Shown here: in pieces, positions 46,407-56,157 of the stretch
How the letters are laid out: the number at the start of each line of letters is the position of its first letter
How positions within the stretch are numbered: the stretch's first letter is position 1
Assembly (NCBI GenBank): GCA_965198225.1
Contig: CBDAOY010000008.1
Span: forward strand, 736,001-800,000
Direction of reading: 5' to 3'
DNA from: Terriglobia bacterium
GTDB lineage: Bacteria; Acidobacteriota; Terriglobia; 20CM-2-55-15
DNA length: 64,000 nucleotides
The notes under the pieces: generated by a model
Seen by the model: the letters and a program-made list of their open reading frames with translations, nothing else
Told to the model about the DNA's origin: nothing
The model's database searches: none
Made by a program: the position numbers and the translations under genes

Positions 46407-47924
46407 TCAATTCAATCGAAAGATCGTGCAACACGCCGATCGAAAGGCTTCTTCAGCTTCGGGGTCGGAATTGAGCGCGCGAATCAGATTGCCGTGATCG
46501 TTCGTCACGAAGACAAGCCGAGACTGAAAGTCGTTCCGTATGACTTCCGCCGCTCGATTACCGGTGCGCGTGACGTCGACGTACCTGTCGTACAGTTCGG
46601 GGTCCTTCAGGTACATGAACAGAGGATCGAGCCCCACGATGAAGGTGTTTTCAGGAGCGGCGTAGAATAAGACCGGGAAGTCGTCCCAATCGGCGTTGAA
46701 CACCCGCTCGCCGGGCCCGGTGTTTTCCCTGAACCATCCGGCCGCTTCGAGAGCCGGGCGATCGATTCCTTCACCCTGGAGTTCGTCGATCGCAGCACGC
46801 CCATTCGACCAGGCGAAGAAGCCGGCCAGGACCAGTGCCGCCGTCATCGACACCGCCTTACGGTATCCGGCCCAGGGGAAGGGTCTGGCTCCAACAGCGA
46901 CCGCTGCCAGCAGAACGGAGAACAACGGCCAGTATTCCGAGAAGCGCCGGTGCTTCAGAAAGAGCACAAAGAAGAGGACCGACACCAGGGCCAGCGCATA
47001 TCGGGCGGTGCGATTGTTCTCATCGGAAGCCCTCGCGAAGCCGAGCCCCGCGAGGAAGCATGTCAGCGCGATCCAACTGCTGGACAGCAGGTGGTCGGTC
47101 TCGAATGGGTACCACTCGTTGCCCACGCGAACCGGAAACCCGCCGATGAGCTTGGAGCTGGCATGCACGATGACGAACCTCGCGTAGTCGAGCATGTAAG
47201 GGTGAATCAACATCCCCGCGAGCATCCCGGCGCCGGCGAACCAGATCGGATCAAGATTCCATTTTCCCTCGGCCACGGCCGCTCCGAGCACGGTCAAGGC
47301 CACAACGCCGCCCAGCATCGGGAAGGCCGCGTAGGTCCAGGCAAAGATAAAACCGACGGCGAACAACCCCCAGCGATACCGGCCGAGCGTGAGCCAGCAA
47401 CCCAGCAGCAACAGGATCGCACCCAGCGACTGGGCGCGAAGCAGGGACATCCGGTAGAGAAAAGGCTCCGATGCCGCTCCCAGGAGCACGAACCAGAACC
47501 ACGGCCACCGCACGCCGAATTTGCGGAGGAGGAAAAAGAAGGTTCCCGCCATCGCCGTAGCGAAGACGACGGCGGCGAGTTTCACCATGATCATGGGATC
47601 GCCGAGCGCGGTGAACGGTGCCATGAGGGCATGGAACAGGTAGTGGTGATCTGCGAAGTCGGCCTCCGATAGGATCGTCATCGAGAGGTAATCGAAGCGG
47701 AATGGCAGGAAGAGATGATCCAGCATGAGGGCGGCCATTCGCGCGTGATAGTACCCGTCGAATCCGGCCAGACCCGTCACCGAGAACTGAATCCACCCGA
47801 AGAATCCGAATGCCAGAGTCAGCGCCAGGGTGTACTGGTAGAAGGGTCTACGGATGAGGACTGCTGCCAGCGCCAGGCTCGGGGGTTCTTCGCCCCGGGT
47901 CGATGATGTGGTTTCCTCGAGCAA
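46407..47924 (-). CDS. Polytopic membrane protein, probable GT-C glycosyltransferase
   Basis: About 11 TM; FDGYYHARMA in the first loop, GNEW, RRFSEY, C-terminal soluble domain VFNADWDDFP..GLDP. Confidence 0.6.
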   Translation of the reverse strand: MLEETTSSTRGEEPPSLALAAVLIRRPFYQYTLALTLAFGFFGWIQFSVTGLAGFDGYYHARMAALMLDHLFLPFRFDYLSMTILSEADFADHHYLFHALMAPFTALGDPMIMVKLAAVVFATAMAGTFFFLLRKFGVRWPWFWFVLLGAASEPFLYRMSLLRAQSLGAILLLLGCWLTLGRYRWGLFAVGFIFAWTYAAFPMLGGVVALTVLGAAVAEGKWNLDPIWFAGAGMLAGMLIHPYMLDYARFVIVHASSKLIGGFPVRVGNEWYPFETDHLLSSSWIALTCFLAGLGFARASDENNRTARYALALVSVLFFVLFLKHRRFSEYWPLFSVLLAAVAVGARPFPWAGYRKAVSMTAALVLAGFFAWSNGRAAIDELQGEGIDRPALEAAGWFRENTGPGERVFNADWDDFPVLFYAAPENTFIVGLDPLFMYLKDPELYDRYVDVTRTGNRAAEVIRNDFQSRLVFVTNDHGNLIRALNSDPEAEEAFRSACCTIFRLN

Positions 47925-48074
47925 TGTGGTAGGTCTTGATCTGTATCAGCTTAGTGGTGGTCCGACTCTGCCGATCATATGAGGGTCAGCGGCTGGCACG
48001 GCAGGGAACCAGCCGGGAGAAGTCCAGCCAGACCCCGGCGTCCGGTCGCGAGATCCTGGATCGGTTGATACGAC

Positions 48075-48848
48075 CTACGGCGTGTCGTGCCGTTCGGCCG
48101 GTAGTTCGCCGCGAGTAGGCACCTCGCCCCACCGGACGCTCCACCAGACCCGCGGCAGCTCGAGCAGCGCGCGAAGGACCACGTCGAGCCGCGCTCCCGA
48201 TTGCCGGCCGTGCCGACGGGCGTAGTGGTGGACTCCGATCTCTTCAAACACGTGCCCGCGCAAGCGGAGGCGCGCGAGCAGTTCGGCGTTGAAGAGAGCT
48301 CCGGTCGAAGAAAGGGAGACTCCGGCGATGGCGGACCGCCGGAAGAGCTTGAAGGCGCAATTCATATCCCTGCAATGGACACGCAGGACCACCCCGATCA
48401 GGGTCGTGTAGAGGGAGCCGAGCAGTCCCCGTCCCGTGGCATCCTGGCGGTTCAACCGGTACCCGAGTACGCCATCCGCTTCGCCGAGGACTTCGATGAG
48501 CCTGGACAACTCGGAAACGTTGAACTGGCCGTCGGCATCGGTGAAGAAGACGAACTCGAACCTCGCTGCTTTCATCCCGCTCCAGACAGCGGCGCCATAC
48601 CCGCGATTCCGGACGTGTATCACGGTCCGCAACGTTGGATATTCCGATTGCAGCCGTTCGGCTTCGTCCTCGGTACCGTCGGTGCTGCCGTCGCAGACGA
48701 CGATGATCTCGTGCGTTTCCGCGCAGGAAACGCCCGTTGCCGCAGCTTCTCGGACGACATCGGCGAGGTTCTCTCGCTCGTTGTGACACGGAAGGACGAT
48801 GGAAAGTCCGGATAGCCTCAACCTTCTCTCCTCATCTGTTCCATCCAC
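48075..48848 (-). CDS. GT2 glycosyltransferase (DPM1-like polyprenyl-phosphate glycosyltransferase)
   Basis: SIVLPCHNE, DGSTDGT, NRGYGAA, TDADGQF, D.NCAFKLFR. Confidence 0.9.
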   Translation of the reverse strand: MDGTDEERRLRLSGLSIVLPCHNERENLADVVREAAATGVSCAETHEIIVVCDGSTDGTEDEAERLQSEYPTLRTVIHVRNRGYGAAVWSGMKAARFEFVFFTDADGQFNVSELSRLIEVLGEADGVLGYRLNRQDATGRGLLGSLYTTLIGVVLRVHCRDMNCAFKLFRRSAIAGVSLSSTGALFNAELLARLRLRGHVFEEIGVHHYARRHGRQSGARLDVVLRALLELPRVWWSVRWGEVPTRGELPAERHDTP

Positions 48849-49567
48849 CGGCGCTCCTCGAGTGCCGCAACAAGGAAACAGGTCACGGCGACCAACTCCA
48901 CTCCTTCGTCCCAGAAGTCGACGTACCAGTTCCCTCGGGTCGCGGCGGGGAACAGGCCGACGTCAAAAAATTGCGACAATGTAAAGAGCGCAACTCCGGC
49001 GGCAGCCAGCCGTCCCGAGCTTCTCCGGAACAACTGCCGGAACTGTCCGGTCCGGATCAACGGTCGGATGAGAAACACGAGCAGGGTCAGAACGACCCCT
49101 GCCAGCAACAAGGTGATAAGCAAGGTCAGCCAGGGTTGGTGCTGGAAAAGGTCCTCGAGAGTATTGTGGACGTTCAACATGTTGTAGTCGACCCTTCCTT
49201 CCCGTACCGCCCTGATCTGCCGGGTCACGTTGCCCCAGTCGGATTCCTCACCCGCGCCCAGGATGCCGAGAACGCCGACGGCCCGCCAGCAGTTGGGGAA
49301 GGAGGGTCGCAGGTCGCGACTGGCAGCCTGAAACGCAAATACGGAGAGGAGGATGTAGCCGACGAACTGTGCCGTTTCGACCGGACCGTTCTCCTGGAGC
49401 ACAACAAGGACGAAGTCCGATTGGGGTTCGACCAGCATCAGCAGTTCGACGATGCTGACGAACAGGATTACCAGGCCGAGAGAAAGCCGAGTCGAAGGGC
49501 TCGTCGAGGCTCGTGAACGCGGTGGGTCCGCCGTAAACGCGCGGCCGAGGAACGTTTCCGCCTTCAC
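48818..49567 (-). CDS. Hypothetical membrane protein
   Basis: About 6 TM with ENGPVE, GEESDWG, NVHN, DEGVEL; translationally coupled within the operon. Confidence 0.65.
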   Translation of the reverse strand: MKAETFLGRAFTADPPRSRASTSPSTRLSLGLVILFVSIVELLMLVEPQSDFVLVVLQENGPVETAQFVGYILLSVFAFQAASRDLRPSFPNCWRAVGVLGILGAGEESDWGNVTRQIRAVREGRVDYNMLNVHNTLEDLFQHQPWLTLLITLLLAGVVLTLLVFLIRPLIRTGQFRQLFRRSSGRLAAAGVALFTLSQFFDVGLFPAATRGNWYVDFWDEGVELVAVTCFLVAALEERRWMEQMRREG

Positions 49568-50790
49568 TTCCGGACCTCCCGGAACGTGATGACCCTGGTC
49601 CGGATCGACGAGAGGTAGTTGCTTATCCGAGTCATGTCGAGCGCCAACTCGAAGCTGCCTCCTCCTTCGAAGTCCCCCCCGGCGATCGCCGCGCCATAGA
49701 GATTGTGGACCGACCCCCCTCCGCCAACGTCGAAATTTCCGGAACAGATGATCAGACCGTAGAAGGCGATGTTGGACAGGTCGACATCGCCGTCCGCGAT
49801 GAGGATGCCGTAGGCGCTGTTGTTGTTTCCGTTGATGTCCACGGAACGGTCGCTGTACATGAGCGCAGGATTGGCGTCTGTGCCCACGGCAAAGCCAGTG
49901 TAGCGGTAAAGGTCGGATTGGGTGACCGTCGGCGTCGCGAGATCCGTTATCGGCGTGAAAGCGGCGCTGGCGGCGGCGACGTAGCTGGCGACGTCATAGT
50001 CGGGGCTGACGCTTCCGACCATGTCGTTCGGCGCTGCCGGGAAGAACAACTGGGTCGGGGGACTGGGAGTCGGAGGGGACGTATCTGCAGCCCGAACGCC
50101 GTCGACAGTCACACCGGCAGTCACGTCGATTCCGTTGACCGAGATGTTTCCCTGCAGGGTCACGTCCCCGTTGGTTCGAACCACAGCGTCGATCGTAGGG
50201 CTGATGATGAATGCCGGAACGATTTCAGCCTCGACCAACTCTCGACGCCCGTTGAGGGTGGCGTAGGCCTGGATCGTCCGGATCGGCACGCCGTTGCCGG
50301 TCAGATTTCGGGTCAGGTTGCCCGTCGTAGCGTCCGGTCCCAGGTAGACGACAGTGGTCGCGTCCAGACCAGCGACACCGTCGATGTCCCGGTTCTTGTT
50401 TGCTTCAGTGTTGTAGAAGATCTTGACCAGGACGTAAGGCGGGGTTCCCCCCAGCGCGGTCGCGACGGAGGTCGAGCCGTATCCACCGTATGCGGGATCC
50501 AGACCCAGGATGTTGACGGTCGTGTCCGAGCGGATGTACCCGGCCCAGTTGGCCGTCGGTACCGCTGGCAGACTGGGTAGCTGCGACGCGGAACCGTAAA
50601 GAAGGCGTGCGCGCGCCTCCTCGATCCCGGCATCCGCGAAGTAAAACAGTTGGAGATTCCGTTCCAGGACCGAACTCGAGCGAGCATCCTCGAGCAGGTT
50701 CATCATCAGCAGGAGGGTCAGCGCGCTCATCATCGAGAGCAGGATCAGGACCGTGATCAGCGCGACTCCGCGTGCTTTCGATGCTCTCAT
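49564..50790 (-). CDS. PilX-like minor pilin
   Basis: G/VALITVL class III-like leader lacking E5; FYFADAGIEEA; C-terminal beta-helix-like GILIADG, GLIICSG, GAAIAGG. Confidence 0.8.
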   Translation of the reverse strand: MRASKARGVALITVLILLSMMSALTLLLMMNLLEDARSSSVLERNLQLFYFADAGIEEARARLLYGSASQLPSLPAVPTANWAGYIRSDTTVNILGLDPAYGGYGSTSVATALGGTPPYVLVKIFYNTEANKNRDIDGVAGLDATTVVYLGPDATTGNLTRNLTGNGVPIRTIQAYATLNGRRELVEAEIVPAFIISPTIDAVVRTNGDVTLQGNISVNGIDVTAGVTVDGVRAADTSPPTPSPPTQLFFPAAPNDMVGSVSPDYDVASYVAAASAAFTPITDLATPTVTQSDLYRYTGFAVGTDANPALMYSDRSVDINGNNNSAYGILIADGDVDLSNIAFYGLIICSGNFDVGGGGSVHNLYGAAIAGGDFEGGGSFELALDMTRISNYLSSIRTRVITFREVRK

Positions 50791-50852
50791 CGTCCTATCC
50801 GCCTCCGTGCGGATTGTCGATCATCTTGCAGGCGCTCCAGGGCGTCGGTGTC

Positions 50853-51992
50853 TCATCGGCTTGAATTCGAGTTGGAGTTGCCGTTCGAGTTGGAGTTGCC
50901 GTTCGAATTGAAGTTGCCGTTCGAGTTGGAGTTGCTGTTCGAGTTGGAGTTGCTGTTCGAGTTGGAGTTGGAGTTGCTGTTGCTGTTGGAGTTGCCGTTC
51001 GAATTGGAGTTGGAGTTCGTGTTCGAGTTGGAGTTCGTGTTGCCACCACCACCATTGGCGTTGCCGCCATTGCCGTTGCCCCCGGAGGGCGTCGTCATGA
51101 AGCCGAGGATCCCGCTCCGCCGAAGCGTGACGTCGGAGCTGAGGGTCACGTTGATCTGATTACCCGAGACGGGGTGGTTCTGACTCGCGAAGGATGTGAC
51201 CGAGAGGTTGATCCGCGTGATATTGCCGAGGGTGCCGGTCGGAACCGAACTCTGTCCGCTACCGCCGCCGCTACCACCGCTGCCACCGCTACCGCCGTTC
51301 CCGTTGGAATTTGTGTTGCCGTTGGAGTTCGAATTCGTGTTGCCGTTCGAGTTCGTGTTGCCGTTCGAGTTTGAATTCGAGTTGGAGTTGCTGTTCGAGT
51401 TGGAGTTGCTGTTCTGGTTGGAGTTGCTGTTTGAGTTGGAATTGCCGTTCTGCGCTGCCAACGTGATGAAGCCCCATCGGCGGAGGAGTCGAGCGACGGG
51501 AGACGCCGTGGGTGACGGGGGATTGCTGACGAAGCTTCCGGCATCACCGGTCGACACGAAATACGCAAAGAGCAACGCCGAGATATTGGATGCCAGTTGC
51601 TGCGACGTCGCCGTGCCTGTCAGGGCACCGGTCGCGTCCAACGGTTGTGTCGTCCGTGTGATGATGTTGTTGGCGTAGCTGAACGTCACCCGTTCGACCG
51701 TTCCGTCATCATTCGTGTCGCCCGAAAAGGCGACCGTGGACTGATCGGCCTGGGCGATCGGCGTCACACCGGCGGGAGTGTTGTAGCCGGCGGACAGCAA
51801 TTCCCGCCCGATGCGTTCGGCTGCGAGCCGGGAATTCTGGCCGGCCTCGAGCTGGGACTGCTGGATCTGATAGGTTCTCTGATTCTGGGTGACGAGGAGA
51901 AAGACCGCTCCGAGGACGACCATCAACACAGCCACAACGATCAAGACTTCCAGCAGGGTGAAACCTTTGCTTCCTCTCTGTGCAGCTCTCAT
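50853..51992 (-). CDS. PilW-like minor pilin with two Asn-Ser/Asn-Gly low-complexity tracts
   Basis: G/FTLLEVLI prepilin motif; REL.SAG; (NS)n tracts at about 50865-51075 and 51300-51450. Confidence 0.8.
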   Translation of the reverse strand: MRAAQRGSKGFTLLEVLIVVAVLMVVLGAVFLLVTQNQRTYQIQQSQLEAGQNSRLAAERIGRELLSAGYNTPAGVTPIAQADQSTVAFSGDTNDDGTVERVTFSYANNIITRTTQPLDATGALTGTATSQQLASNISALLFAYFVSTGDAGSFVSNPPSPTASPVARLLRRWGFITLAAQNGNSNSNSNSNQNSNSNSNSNSNSNSNSNGNTNSNGNTNSNSNGNTNSNGNGGSGGSGGSGGGSGQSSVPTGTLGNITRINLSVTSFASQNHPVSGNQINVTLSSDVTLRRSGILGFMTTPSGGNGNGGNANGGGGNTNSNSNTNSNSNSNGNSNSNSNSNSNSNSNSNSNSNSNSNGNFNSNGNSNSNGNSNSNSSR

Positions 51993-52011
51993 AGACAAAC
52001 TCTCCCTCGTG

Positions 52012-52416
52012 TTACGGGGCCCGATAGGTTCGGGCCGAGAGGTCGATCGGCGATGTTCCACCGATACCGGTGATAACGGTCGTGGTCACCGTGATCTCTT
52101 TCATCCCGACGCCCGGGGAATCGACTGTGACGGTCCAGGATCGGGTGAAGGCAGCTCCTGTCTCGGAAGTTTGCGGAATCCCGTCATCGTCCAGAAAGTC
52201 ATTTCCGCTCTGCAAGGAATCATACGATGTGGCCTTCAATTCCTCCATCTTTTGTCGCAGGGCGGAGGTCATCCTCGAGATGTCCTGACTGTTCTTCGTT
52301 CCGATGACACTGGTGCTCATCGCGCCGGCCACCGCGAGGACGCCCGTCATCAGGATGAGCGAGGCAAGCATCAACTCGATGAGGCTGAAGCCTCTCTGGC
52401 TACTGGATGCTGACAT
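52012..52416 (-). CDS. PilV-like minor pilin
   Basis: QRG/FSLIELM; KMEELK; FTRSWTV. Confidence 0.82.
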   Translation of the reverse strand: MSASSSQRGFSLIELMLASLILMTGVLAVAGAMSTSVIGTKNSQDISRMTSALRQKMEELKATSYDSLQSGNDFLDDDGIPQTSETGAAFTRSWTVTVDSPGVGMKEITVTTTVITGIGGTSPIDLSARTYRAP

Positions 52417-52924
52417 GGCTGGTTCCGGACACGGTTACCTGGAGGCTGTTCCCCAGATCGTTCGTCACCGTGACGGTGTAGTTCGCGGTGATGTAATCAT
52501 TGTTCAGATCCACGACGTCGCCCGCGCTGTCGAACGAGATTGCGTGGACTCCTGCCGAGACCGTCGGCGCGTTCGAAGAAATGTCGACGCCGCTTGGAAG
52601 CACGATCGGGTCGCCGAGATCCGCGTAGACGGTGCCAGCCGTCAGGGAAAAGGGAGCCGTCGGGACGACGCGCTGTCGCTTGTAGGAATTGGCGTTCGTC
52701 GCCGACGTGGAGGCATAGAGCAGTATCCGATAGCCGGTGGTGTCCGAGATCGCGTCAAAGTGGCTGCGCTGAACCAGGGCGGCGATGCCGCGGGCCGACC
52801 CGTCGAGGACGTAGTTGGCGTTGATACTGGTCAGGTTCGGCACCGCTATGGCCAACACGATCAGCATGATAGCGATAACCATCGCTACTTCGAGCAAGCT
52901 GAAGCCGCGGTTTGTTCGAGCCAA
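52400..52924 (-). CDS. FimT/GspH-like minor pilin
   Basis: RG/FSLLEVAMVIAI...IAVP; ISFDSAG; TTG start after GGAGGAGG. Confidence 0.82.
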   Translation of the reverse strand: MARTNRGFSLLEVAMVIAIMLIVLAIAVPNLTSINANYVLDGSARGIAALVQRSHFDAISDTTGYRILLYASTSATNANSYKRQRVVPTAPFSLTAGTVYADLGDPIVLPSGVDISSNAPTVSAGVHAISFDSAGDVVDLNNDYITANYTVTVTNDLGNSLQVTVSGTSHVSIQ

Positions 52925-53394
52925 TCCTTTACCTCCTCCAGTTTGCCGCAATCAAACGCGCAAACGGAGCATCTGGGCCCGAGGGGGCCGTCAAACATCA
53001 ATCCATCGAGTGGAATGGCAGTTTCGGTTCCAAAACTCGACCACTCATGGTGTGAGATGTCCGGTTCCCCTAGGGGCCGGCGCAAGAGCCCCCTTTTTTA
53101 AGGATAGAACAACGCGATTATACGAACGGGACGGAACGACTGTAAAGCGGATATTGGAGTAGGATAGCGTCCTAGACACAACGACTTGTCGTTCTTGCGC
53201 GCTTTTGACTCAGAACTTTGTCGCTAGGAGAGTGCCCCGGCACGGACGGCTTCGCGGCATTGCCAGCGCGGATCGAACGGCTACTCTTGTCAGCGCCGAA
53301 CCAGACGCTCGGCCTCTGCGGGGTCGGCGAGGCAGTCAGAGCGTTGACAGCCTGAGGGTGGTCGCATCCGATGGGGCCGTCTATCGCACCCGAC

Positions 53395-54207
53395 TCAGGG
53401 GAGACGCTCAACAAGTCGGGAGTGGAGATCCGCCAGGACCACCTCGGCGGCGCCCTGGATCGAGACATCCAACTGCGCGGAGACGGCTGTCGCTTCGAGA
53501 TTGATTTCCGCGCACCCGAAGGTGGAGATCCGCGTGAGACATCCCTTTGCTTCGAGATTGATTTCCGCAGCAAAGGCTCCGCGTGCCTTTGCGGTACTGC
53601 TGAGCGATGCTGCAGGGTAGACGACCGACGAGGTCCCAACGGTCAGGAATACGTCGCAGACCAGGGCCCCGGTCGCCTGCTCGAGCGTTTCCGAGGCGAT
53701 TCCTTCACCGAACCAGACGACACCGGGTCGGATGGGGCCATCACAGTGCGGGCATGTCGGCGGCAGCTTCTCGAACGTCGTCGTTTCGTCGAGCCACTTC
53801 GGTGGCGAGGACGGGCAATCGTTCCAGCAAGAGACCTCCCAGATCGATCCGTGGAAGCGAACCACGTTGCTCGTGCCGGCTCGCTCGTGGAGGCCGTCGA
53901 TGTTCTGAGTGATCAGGGTGAACTCGGGATAGCGATGGCTCCAATCCGCGATGACTTCGTGGGCCCGGTTGGGCCTGCAGGCCGCGATCTTTTCCCTGCG
54001 CCACTGATACCATTCCCATACGAGTTGCGGGTTCTCTGCGAATGCCTGGGGTGTGGCGAGGCTTTCCGGACGGTAGGACTTCCACAGGCCTTCCTGGCCA
54101 CGAAAAGTGGGGACGCCGCTGGCTGCCGACACGCCCGCACCGGTCAACACGGTGAGGCTTCGCGCACCGTCCAGGGCGTCGACGATCCGATCGAGTGGGT
54201 CCTCCAC
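53395..54207 (-). CDS. cobB: NAD-dependent deacylase (class III sirtuin), with a 57-nt insert near the C-terminus
   Basis: GAGVSA.SGVPTFRG, WEWYQWRR, TQNIDGLH, HGS, CxxxC..CPHC, RPGVVWFGE, GTSSVVYPAA, EIN. Confidence 0.92.
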   Translation of the reverse strand: MEDPLDRIVDALDGARSLTVLTGAGVSAASGVPTFRGQEGLWKSYRPESLATPQAFAENPQLVWEWYQWRREKIAACRPNRAHEVIADWSHRYPEFTLITQNIDGLHERAGTSNVVRFHGSIWEVSCWNDCPSSPPKWLDETTTFEKLPPTCPHCDGPIRPGVVWFGEGIASETLEQATGALVCDVFLTVGTSSVVYPAASLSSTAKARGAFAAEINLEAKGCLTRISTFGCAEINLEATAVSAQLDVSIQGAAEVVLADLHSRLVERLP

Positions 54208-54581
54208 TGCGGAGGATTGTAGAATGGGGACATCGTTCCGCAAGGATTTGTTGAGGGCAAAAAACAATAGGGGCGGACCGGCTCCGTGCTCGATCGATCT
54301 TGGTGGTTTAAAGCGCCTGCCGTTGAACACCGCAATCTGCGACACAGTCGGCGGAGACCTACTTCCGGATAGCGACGATAGTCGCATCCGATCGAGCTGA
54401 AGGCTGAACGCTGATCGCCCACCTGCCCGGATTTTGTGGACAGGAGCTCGTGTCCGATTGATTATTAAGCCGAACGACTTAAACGGGACGAATGCCACCG
54501 GGGTCTATCCGGTAAGCGAGCTCTCGGAAGCTCGCGGTCGCACGATGGTTCGGAAGACACTCAGTTCTGGATGAATCGCCA

Positions 54582-55817
54582 ATGAAGAACGCGAAACTGC
54601 ACGCCTTCAACAGACTCGCATTTGGGCCGCGGCAGGAAGATCTCGATCGCGATCTGGTCGATCTTCAGGAACACGTCGAGGTCCAGCTCCACCCGGCCGA
54701 CATCGCCGACCAGGCGATAGAGCAGCGGCTGGCGACCCTGGAAACGCTCGGCATGTCGCCCCTGGAGTTCCTGAGGAAGTATCCCGGGCGCCGGGACTGG
54801 CGGATCGGTTTGCAGCAGCTGACGGCCGCAAAGCTGCTGCGCGCCGTCCAAAGCGAATGCCAGCTCCGGGAAGTGATGGTCGACTTCTGGTTCAATCACT
54901 TCAACGTATTCGCGGGTAAAGGTGCATGCCGGCTCCTGGTTTCTTCCTACGAGAGAGACGCCATCCGCCCGTACGTCTTCGGAAAGTTTCGCGAACTGGT
55001 GTCGGCGACGGCGCGCCACCCTGCGATGCTGTTCTACCTGGACAACTGGCTGAGCGCGTCGCCCGACGCCGAGCCGCGTGGGCGTCGTCGTGGGCTCAAC
55101 GAGAACTATGCCCGGGAGTTGATGGAACTGCACACGCTCGGCGTCGATGGTGGCTACACGCAGGAAGACGTCGTCGCCGTGGCGCGCGCCTTCACCGGCT
55201 GGACGATAGAGGCCCCCCGGCGCCCGAGCTTCATGTTTGCCCCACCGCTGCATGACGACGGTGCCAAGACCGTCCTTGGCAGGGCGATAGACGGCGGCGG
55301 GATGCGGGATGGCGAACAGGTGATCGATGTGCTCTGTGGTCACCCGTCTGCGGCGCGGTTTGTCGCGACCAAATTGATTCGGCGTTTCGTCTCCGACGAT
55401 CCCCCTGCGGCGCTGGTGGAGAGTGTGGCGCGGACGTTTACCCGGACGGATGGCGACATCCGGGAGATGCTCCGCGTGGTGATCCATTCGCGGGAGTTCG
55501 CCGAATCGGAACAGCAGAAGGTCAAGACGCCGTTCGAGTTCGTCATCAGCGCCGTGCGTGCGCTCGGAGCCGAGGTGAGCAATCCCGGTATTCTCGCGCG
55601 GTTCCTGCAGCGGATGGGTCAGCCGCTCTACATGGCCATACCGCCGACCGGCTACTCCGACGAGGCGGCCGATTGGATGAGCTCCGGCACGCTGATGTTG
55701 CGTCTCAACTTCGTGGCGCAGATCGCTGCGGGGCGATCGCGGGGAATTCAGCTCGACGGGCGCGAGCCGGAGCAGATCGTCAGGAATCTGGGGACGCCGG
55801 AGTTTCAGCGGCGCTAG
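54582..55817 (+). CDS. DUF1800-family protein
   Basis: RLAFG, FWFNHFNV, HPAMLFYLDN, NENYARELMELHTLGV, ARAFTGW, PPTGY, PEFQRR. Confidence 0.92.
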   Translation: MKNAKLHAFNRLAFGPRQEDLDRDLVDLQEHVEVQLHPADIADQAIEQRLATLETLGMSPLEFLRKYPGRRDWRIGLQQLTAAKLLRAVQSECQLREVMVDFWFNHFNVFAGKGACRLLVSSYERDAIRPYVFGKFRELVSATARHPAMLFYLDNWLSASPDAEPRGRRRGLNENYARELMELHTLGVDGGYTQEDVVAVARAFTGWTIEAPRRPSFMFAPPLHDDGAKTVLGRAIDGGGMRDGEQVIDVLCGHPSAARFVATKLIRRFVSDDPPAALVESVARTFTRTDGDIREMLRVVIHSREFAESEQQKVKTPFEFVISAVRALGAEVSNPGILARFLQRMGQPLYMAIPPTGYSDEAADWMSSGTLMLRLNFVAQIAAGRSRGIQLDGREPEQIVRNLGTPEFQRR

Positions 55818-56090
55818 CAGCCCGTGGCAGAACTCTGCAGGGCCGCGTTACGGCCAAACGGGGACCGGATTCTAGGAGGCGAGGACGAAACAATGCTCAT
55901 TCATTGGGAGGAGTCGGCGACAACGAAGACGGCCCCATTTCGCCGTAACCCGAAGGGCGCAGGGGGGGGCGGGCCGCAGGCTTTGTCGCTCGTCGGTCAC
56001 GATGAATGATCATCGCTCCGCTCCTCTCTTCGCGCCTGCAACCCGAAGACCCCTGCGCGCGACCCTCCAGAGTTCTGCCACGGGCTGCTA
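55815..56090. mobile_element. ~275-bp structured MITE (copy E3)
   Basis: Perfect 23-bp TIR TAGCAGCCCGTGGCAGAACTCTG; begins on the DUF1800 TAG stop; same two-arm layout as E1 and E2. Confidence 0.85.
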
Positions 56091-56157
56091 TAGGGATGTT
56101 ATTTCTGATTCAGGACGCCAGTTGGGTGAGGGAATGGGCTTGACCAAGGAGTTTCGC

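Noticed and set aside
50650-51678. ELELLF- and TPTRTA-repeat ORFs
   Set aside because: They are antisense or alternative-frame shadows of the Asn-Ser tracts in the PilW-like gene.
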